Virus record (IMG/VR): IMGVR_UViG_3300020046_004224
Direction: 5' to 3' (one strand)
DNA: 64,000 bases
DNA from: a virus
Lineage: Duplodnaviria; Caudoviricetes
Shown here: positions 57,877-64,000 of the stretch, one piece after another
Layout: each line of letters starts with the position of its first letter
Position numbering within the stretch: position 1 is the first letter of the stretch
Program-made: the position numbers and the translations under genes
Notes under the pieces: model-generated
Seen by the model: only the letters and a program-made list of their open reading frames with translations
Told to the model about the DNA's origin: nothing
Databases searched by the model: none

Positions 57877-60627
57877 TTATCCTTCACTTGCAAAGATTTT
57901 TGCATTTGCCTCCATACGTTTTGCAACACCACTACCCGCATCTTTTGCCGACTCATACTCTCGGTTATCGAGATATGCTTTTGCTGCCTGTGGAAACTTC
58001 CTGCTTTTTAGGAGTAGCCGTGTTTTAGGAGAACCTGATAAATCACCACGGAAATATCCATCCAATATTGCAGTCTTCATGTTATCGGAATAGGTATCAA
58101 ATACTTTTCCAAAATGCTTCCTAATAAGTGTTAGCTTATTTTTAACATCATCATTAAAAATAGCTTCAATTTCTTTTTCAGTTAACGTCTTTCCTGAAAA
58201 CTTCTTAATCTCTTCTGGCTTAACAAGATGTCCTATACCAATGGTTCTATTTCCGTATATATCTCTATACATCACATTTCTAACCCCTTCGTGTTTTCGA
58301 ATATAATTCATCGCATTTGATACGAACGAGTTTATGCTTTTTTTAGGCGGTCCCGATGTAATAATTGTCTTCTTGGGTTGTTGAACGGAAAACGAATTAA
58401 TCTTATTTAATATCCTATCAATAAGAGGTGTTTGTAATTTTTGTGGAATCTCTTTCTGAATTTGTTGAATTTGTTCTGGTGATGACTGGTTTACTTTTTG
58501 TGACACCAACTCTTTCAACTTAGGAAAGGTATAATTATAATCAGTTATTCCTAATAATAGTGCTGCTGCGACCAATACCTTTGGATTTTTAAGGTAATCA
58601 GTGAAAGATTCTTCTACAACATCCACATTCTTATCTGCTATAAATCCTTCAAAGAAATTCTTGAATGACATTTGTCCACCAATAACCTCTTCTAATTGAT
58701 TATTTATATCCCTTATATCAACCTTTGTATAAAAAAACAGATTATTTTTTGAATCTAAGACATCCTGCACTGCATCATTTGTTATTGCAGTGGATGGACT
58801 GTTATTATAAACCGATCCTACATAACGATCTCCGTATTTGGTATATATAGAACTACTTGTATTGTTTGTTGCTATCACATCCACATCGTCTATAGTAATC
58901 GGAACTCTCTTGTGAACATATGGGGATATGATCTTATGTTCTACCTGTGTTAGATATGTCTGAATCAGTTTTATACTCTTGTCCAGCCTTATTAAATGAT
59001 CTAACTCTTTTTCAAAATCATATTTTTCCTGTTCATCGGCATCGTATTTAACACATAATGTAAATGTGTTGTATTGTTTTTTAATGTCTAAATTATTGAA
59101 ATCATGTAGGATGTGTTTTTTTATATATTTCCAGAATAGAATATAAATCAACACATCCCCGTATATTTCAGATTTATTCATACATTCTTTTACATTATCG
59201 TCTGACAATATACCGTCCATTCTACCGAATATACTGAATATAGATAATGCATTTTCTGTTGCACCAATGTTCAACTCGGGTGATGATATTGTTATATCTA
59301 AGGATTTTCGTGCCTGTTCATACTTTAACTTTTTAGTATATTTTTTCACCTCGGTAATAAAAGTCGATAATTCAGATGTGGTCACGCCGTCCAGTTCCAA
59401 CATATTAGGTACATGTTTTTCGATAAATTCTTCTTCATCGAAGTCTTTATTATATCCCTTATAAAGCTCACACTGTTGTTCGAACGCTTTAAGTCCTTCC
59501 TTTGAATATGCAAAACTATTATCTGAGTCTTCTATATCCGCCCTGATAATAAATGAAGATGCATCATTATAACTCTCCTCAACTGTCACATCTGTCACAT
59601 ATACATCCAATATATCATTTAAATATTTCCTTGCAGGAGAATTGTATTTCATTTCGAAACCTTCATCCACTTGACTTTTAGATAGACCAACATCTTCGTA
59701 GTCAATCTCTATATAAAAAGACATCATTATGTATATATCGTTATCAGTATCAGAATCTAAGTATATAGTATAATGTTTGAAATATTTTTGATAATCATTG
59801 AAAACTTTTTCAAAATCATCATAACCTATTAAATGTTCTTCAATTTTTGCTAGAATTTCATCTGAATTTGGATAGTCATCCGAATTTTCGTTTATATAAT
59901 TTTTAAGATCAACATTAGTAAAGTCGTTACCAGAGTCGTACTCAGTGTCGTATTTGAAAGTTTCGCCTTGTATAAGAATATCAGCAATATAGGGATGATA
60001 TACACTTTTTGGTTTAGAGTTTTTCTTGCCTTTACATTGGTACCACACACCGTCATCAGGACTAATAGATATAGTTATAAATGGTTCTACCGTATTTGTT
60101 GATTTTTCAAATTTTCTAAGTGAGTACAGTGTATCTCCCTTACTTGTACTTGCACAGTGTCCCATTGCACTTGCTTCACATGAATCCTGCTTAGATTCTA
60201 AATCCACCCAATAAAAACCATCCTTATAAGTTTTTATAACAGTATTGGTTTCAATTCCCTCTATGCTAGAGGTCGTCATATTGGTATGATATTGGTCTGC
60301 TGCGGCTATTGCCCCGTCCCAATCATAATCCTTCAACAAAATATTAGGAGTGTTTCTTACCCAATCCACAATTCCTTGCATTCCTGTTCGTAGATTATTA
60401 ACAAAATTAACTTTATTGTTAGAATTTTGAAAACCAGGCATTTTTGCAATTTTATCAGCAAACCATAACGAATATTTATCATTAAAATTGTGCAGAAAAT
60501 CTGCAACATCCTGGGGAATACCGAATCCTACCATCTTTTTTCTGTGGTCCTTTTCCTCTATTACCTGTTTTTTATTCGTTATAATAGAACATAATTCTAA
60601 TTTATTATAAAGATCATCAAATTTCAT
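57877..60627 (-). CDS. large multidomain protein with C-terminal GH24 lysozyme
   Basis: I.KHEG.R..MY.D..G..TIGIGHL; TAAATA upstream. Confidence 0.75.
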   Translation of the reverse strand: MKFDDLYNKLELCSIITNKKQVIEEKDHRKKMVGFGIPQDVADFLHNFNDKYSLWFADKIAKMPGFQNSNNKVNFVNNLRTGMQGIVDWVRNTPNILLKDYDWDGAIAAADQYHTNMTTSSIEGIETNTVIKTYKDGFYWVDLESKQDSCEASAMGHCASTSKGDTLYSLRKFEKSTNTVEPFITISISPDDGVWYQCKGKKNSKPKSVYHPYIADILIQGETFKYDTEYDSGNDFTNVDLKNYINENSDDYPNSDEILAKIEEHLIGYDDFEKVFNDYQKYFKHYTIYLDSDTDNDIYIMMSFYIEIDYEDVGLSKSQVDEGFEMKYNSPARKYLNDILDVYVTDVTVEESYNDASSFIIRADIEDSDNSFAYSKEGLKAFEQQCELYKGYNKDFDEEEFIEKHVPNMLELDGVTTSELSTFITEVKKYTKKLKYEQARKSLDITISSPELNIGATENALSIFSIFGRMDGILSDDNVKECMNKSEIYGDVLIYILFWKYIKKHILHDFNNLDIKKQYNTFTLCVKYDADEQEKYDFEKELDHLIRLDKSIKLIQTYLTQVEHKIISPYVHKRVPITIDDVDVIATNNTSSSIYTKYGDRYVGSVYNNSPSTAITNDAVQDVLDSKNNLFFYTKVDIRDINNQLEEVIGGQMSFKNFFEGFIADKNVDVVEESFTDYLKNPKVLVAAALLLGITDYNYTFPKLKELVSQKVNQSSPEQIQQIQKEIPQKLQTPLIDRILNKINSFSVQQPKKTIITSGPPKKSINSFVSNAMNYIRKHEGVRNVMYRDIYGNRTIGIGHLVKPEEIKKFSGKTLTEKEIEAIFNDDVKNKLTLIRKHFGKVFDTYSDNMKTAILDGYFRGDLSGSPKTRLLLKSRKFPQAAKAYLDNREYESAKDAGSGVAKRMEANAKIFASEG

Positions 60628-60670
60628 ATTAGTATTTACAACAAAGATATCCATAACTAAATAGTGTAGT

Positions 60671-60895
60671 ATGAACAACTTGCCGCGAACCGCCCTTTAT
60701 ATTGGACTATGTGTAGTATTATCTGTTTGGATCAGTGGTTGTTGGAACACCATTGATAAAGCAATGGATAGTAACCTTTTCAAACCAGAACCACCAAAAA
60801 GTAATCCCGGTTTATTTTTATTTCCTAATATACCATCCCTTACTCCTCCTGCAAGTAAGTTCGAGAAAAATTTCTCTTACAACTCAAACCAGTAG
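60671..60895 (+). CDS. small lipoprotein-like protein
   Basis: hydrophobic N-terminus, ISGC. Confidence 0.45.
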   Translation: MNNLPRTALYIGLCVVLSVWISGCWNTIDKAMDSNLFKPEPPKSNPGLFLFPNIPSLTPPASKFEKNFSYNSNQ

Positions 60896-61600
60896 TTTGG
60901 AAATATCGACAACTTCGTTGATGTCTAAACATCTTTGAATCGATCCATTTACGGGATTATATTCTATACTTGAGAAATGGAAATGCCCGTACCAATGTCC
61001 AATTGATGGTTTTACGTGGTCGTATAGCTTCTGAATGTTGGCACGTTCTTCTATCAACTCGTCTCTAAGAGTAGGATCATCCTTAAACCATCCTGATATT
61101 TTACTCAATCCGTCAACTGGGTATTCGTTGCCGCCCGATGAGTGCGTGACAAGAACATCACATTTATCTAATGCGAGGTAATCGTCGCGAAGAATAAACG
61201 GTTCACCTCTCCACCAACTCTCATTCTCTGTTCTTTTAACACGGTCGATTGATGTTGCGCCTCCGACAAATAGAAAAACTTTACCATTTATTGTATAATA
61301 CGAATAATCTGGAACAAAGGTAACTCTACTAAAAGATGATGTCCAGTGTGGCTTGTGGTAAAATGCTGGGTCGGAATGGTTGCCCCTGACTATAAGAATT
61401 TGACCATTGTTTTCCTCACAATATTTTTCCAGTCTATCTACATCATATCGGTCAGATGCCTCATGTTGAAATCCTTCACCTGCATCACCCACATGAATAA
61501 GGATAAAATCCTTTATACCATAATGTTTAAGCAGTGATGTAAACCTTAGTTCGTGGGTATCTCCGATAAGATATATATTTTTACTCTCTAGTTTGATCAT
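60884..61600 (-). CDS. calcineurin-like metallophosphoesterase
   Basis: GDTH, VGD.G, RGNH, GGA.SIDR, VTH, GHFH. Confidence 0.88.
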   Translation of the reverse strand: MIKLESKNIYLIGDTHELRFTSLLKHYGIKDFILIHVGDAGEGFQHEASDRYDVDRLEKYCEENNGQILIVRGNHSDPAFYHKPHWTSSFSRVTFVPDYSYYTINGKVFLFVGGATSIDRVKRTENESWWRGEPFILRDDYLALDKCDVLVTHSSGGNEYPVDGLSKISGWFKDDPTLRDELIEERANIQKLYDHVKPSIGHWYGHFHFSSIEYNPVNGSIQRCLDINEVVDISKLLV

Positions 61601-62084
61601 TGGATTTAAATGCATTCTTTTCTCTAACTCTTATGTCTTCGTTCGTCTCCCAGATATGAAGGGGTGAATTCTTATAGAAGTCTATATCAGTTTTCTTTTT
61701 TGTCAAGACCTTCTCTAAAAATCCCTTCATTTCTCGACCCTTATCAGTTTTCATATCACTATTCAAGAGTATTTCATACAATACCTCTGTCGAATTGTAT
61801 CTCGCCCAAAACATTGTATGAAATTTCTGATCTATCTCTTTCTCTGTGACAACAGACTTGTTTTCATTAATTATATCCGCTAATCGTCCTGTATCATAAT
61901 CCCCGATCCATTTGAATCGAGATAGCACTATTTCATTATCATCAAATCCTAAATCCTTTAGTTTAAACTCTCGTATTAAAAGAGTTTTCCTTATAGATTC
62001 AGGGAATTGAGATATGTCGGTAGTAAAACAGGTCAACTGACGAGTCTTATTGTTAAACAGTGCATATATCTTATATTCTTCCAT
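61581..62084 (-). CDS. hypothetical protein
   Basis: ORF. Confidence 0.55.
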   Translation of the reverse strand: MEEYKIYALFNNKTRQLTCFTTDISQFPESIRKTLLIREFKLKDLGFDDNEIVLSRFKWIGDYDTGRLADIINENKSVVTEKEIDQKFHTMFWARYNSTEVLYEILLNSDMKTDKGREMKGFLEKVLTKKKTDIDFYKNSPLHIWETNEDIRVREKNAFKSNDQTRE

Positions 62085-62085
62085 A

Positions 62086-62436
62086 TCATCTAATTTCACC
62101 AGTATTTGGTGTCAATCCTACGGCTTTATCATCCCAAAGTTCATACATTGCTGAATATTTAATTGCAGTTACATCTAGTTCTTTTCCTATATATTTTATA
62201 CACCAATCCTTAATTGCACGTTCCCCTAATTCAATTTCTTCTCTTGAATGATCTGGTGCAACCCTTGCAGTGAATATCTTGACTCGTTTTCCCTCAGACA
62301 ACCATTTTTTCACACGGTTCACCATGAGAGGGATAGGCTCCCCTAATGTGGTAGGGGAAACCCATTTGTCATATGTTGCAAGGGTTTTATCGAAGTCAAC
62401 TCCAATATATCCAGGCATTCGATATTTCTTACCCAT
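62086..62436 (-). CDS. HAD-family phosphatase
   Basis: VDFDKTLA, IFTAR, K, WDDKA. Confidence 0.82.
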   Translation of the reverse strand: MGKKYRMPGYIGVDFDKTLATYDKWVSPTTLGEPIPLMVNRVKKWLSEGKRVKIFTARVAPDHSREEIELGERAIKDWCIKYIGKELDVTAIKYSAMYELWDDKAVGLTPNTGEIR

Positions 62437-62439
62437 ATA

Positions 62440-63996
62440 TTATAGATATTCGTTTACGACCTTGGTATTGATGACAAGACCATCATATTCAAAACTATCA
62501 GATTTATCAACATCCACAAACCAGCTATTGGTAATCATGAGGAAGAATTTGATTGATGACACTTTCTGAGAAAGTAGGTCAACAGTATCCTCGACACCTT
62601 CTAATGTTTTCTGACAGAATTCGACGAATGTCTCTTGCCCAAGAGCAACGAGTTGCTTTTCATATTTCTCAAACAAAGGCCAACAAATATCATCACCAAC
62701 ATTTGGTTTGCCTTTTTTCTCATATTTTTCAAATGATTTACTTGCCGAGATAGTTGATGCACCTTTCAATTGTGCCGTTAGTTCAATGAACGGAACGAAG
62801 TCTGCATTTTCATCTTTTGGTTTATATGCCTTTTTCGGTGCATAACGCATCTGCGAATCAAGGCCCATTTCTTCAAGAAGTTTAGCACCTTCGACACCAT
62901 AATTCTGTACACGAAGATCGACTAGATTTTTTTGTTCAGAATATTTCTTAACATAGAACCGAAGAACGCTTGCATGAGCTTTCTCCGAAATAAGAGCCTT
63001 ATAAAGATTAGCAAAATCTTTAATCTTAATAGTCTTTTGATTTTCGTCGAAGAGATCAATAGATTCATTAGGATCGACTGTATACCCCAACGATGCTTTT
63101 ATCGCTCCAACGCTATTATCAAACTCTAAGGAGATTGCATCATAATTAAAGTCACCATTTGCAACAAATGTATAGTTCCTAAATGTCGGAGCCTTAATAG
63201 GTAACTCAATCACGGAATTTCCTGAAAGACCGCCGTTTTCAACAGTCGCATTATATGCCAATACTCGATTACCAAAATCAATATCAGTATATTGTTCAAT
63301 CTGTCCTTCACGAACTGTTAGGAATGAAATATTCGCACGATCTTCGTTTCCAGTGATTCCTACAATTTTAGCAGATGAATCGTTTGTCTTAAATTCTACT
63401 TTACTGACATCCTCGCCTGATCTGGTCACGGATTTATATGGAGACTTAGCCAAATCAATGGATACTTTTCCAAGATTATCCTTGATCGATTTAACAAACG
63501 ACTCAAGAGAAACAGTAATTGGCACGGTTTGCTTATTAATAGTAGAACCTACTAATGCGAATGCCTTTAGATCGTTCTCAGAACGCCCTTTCTGAGCCAC
63601 TGTGAACGACTTCTGTAACATTTTGGCTCTAAGTGCATCTCCTGCTTTTCGAAGCACAGAAACGCCTAGATTTGCAAGATTTTTCTGTGATAGAATATAT
63701 GCAAGTGAATAAACAAACTTACCGTCTTTGAGTTGATCATCTGGAAGATTATCGATTTCGGTAAAATCAATTGCAAACAGTTCACCGTTGTTTTCAGTTT
63801 CTAATACTTCAACCTGTTTGTCCTTACACACCAGCGGAATAATCTCAGAATCAGTCACTTGCCAAATCACATCATAACATTTATCAAGATCAACAATCTT
63901 AACAGTCTTTTTAGACTTAACAAGAACTTCGCCACTTGCGGTTAATTCAGTATAATTTGAAATATGACTAAATGTTCCATTGATTGCTTCTGTCAT
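62440..63996 (-). CDS. large hypothetical protein, probably 5'-truncated by the window edge
   Basis: open frame running to the window end. Confidence 0.6.
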   Translation of the reverse strand: MTEAINGTFSHISNYTELTASGEVLVKSKKTVKIVDLDKCYDVIWQVTDSEIIPLVCKDKQVEVLETENNGELFAIDFTEIDNLPDDQLKDGKFVYSLAYILSQKNLANLGVSVLRKAGDALRAKMLQKSFTVAQKGRSENDLKAFALVGSTINKQTVPITVSLESFVKSIKDNLGKVSIDLAKSPYKSVTRSGEDVSKVEFKTNDSSAKIVGITGNEDRANISFLTVREGQIEQYTDIDFGNRVLAYNATVENGGLSGNSVIELPIKAPTFRNYTFVANGDFNYDAISLEFDNSVGAIKASLGYTVDPNESIDLFDENQKTIKIKDFANLYKALISEKAHASVLRFYVKKYSEQKNLVDLRVQNYGVEGAKLLEEMGLDSQMRYAPKKAYKPKDENADFVPFIELTAQLKGASTISASKSFEKYEKKGKPNVGDDICWPLFEKYEKQLVALGQETFVEFCQKTLEGVEDTVDLLSQKVSSIKFFLMITNSWFVDVDKSDSFEYDGLVINTKVVNEYL

Positions 63997-64000
63997 ATCT

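Overview
AT-rich 64 kb segment of a large T4-like (myovirus/jumbo) phage genome using the standard genetic code. Regions in order: (1) 0.1-8.7 kb, replication and structural genes (clamp loader, RNase H/5'-3' exonuclease, gp19-like tail tube). (2) 8.7-27.6 kb, a translation-control island on the minus strand with TilS, IF-1, YqeY and about 29 tRNAs (all amino acids covered, elongator Met uncertain), interspersed with free-standing homing endonucleases and several structured non-tRNA RNAs. (3) 27.9-41.2 kb, late virion genes, including a Thr-rich mucin-like protein beside a glycosyl/methyltransferase cassette and a gp4-like head-completion nuclease. (4) A TnpB gene and a PhoH gene with an intein. 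(5) 45-64 kb, DNA ligase plus RNA-repair and nucleotide counter-defence enzymes (macrodomain, NADAR, ATP-grasp, HNH-RNA ligase, kinase, 2H and metallo-phosphoesterases). The strongest novel signal is in the tRNA island. It holds a ~235-nt RNA that reproduces the 23S rRNA GTPase-associated centre (H43/H44) split by a structured insert, a 112-nt tmRNA-like RNA (G3:U70, tag-like ORF ending AA-stop), tRNA scaffolds whose anticodon arm is replaced by multi-helix domains, a D-armless tRNA-Tyr and a Tat-signal/Gol-peptide-like mini-protein. All RNA folds and homologies were judged by eye; no searches were run.
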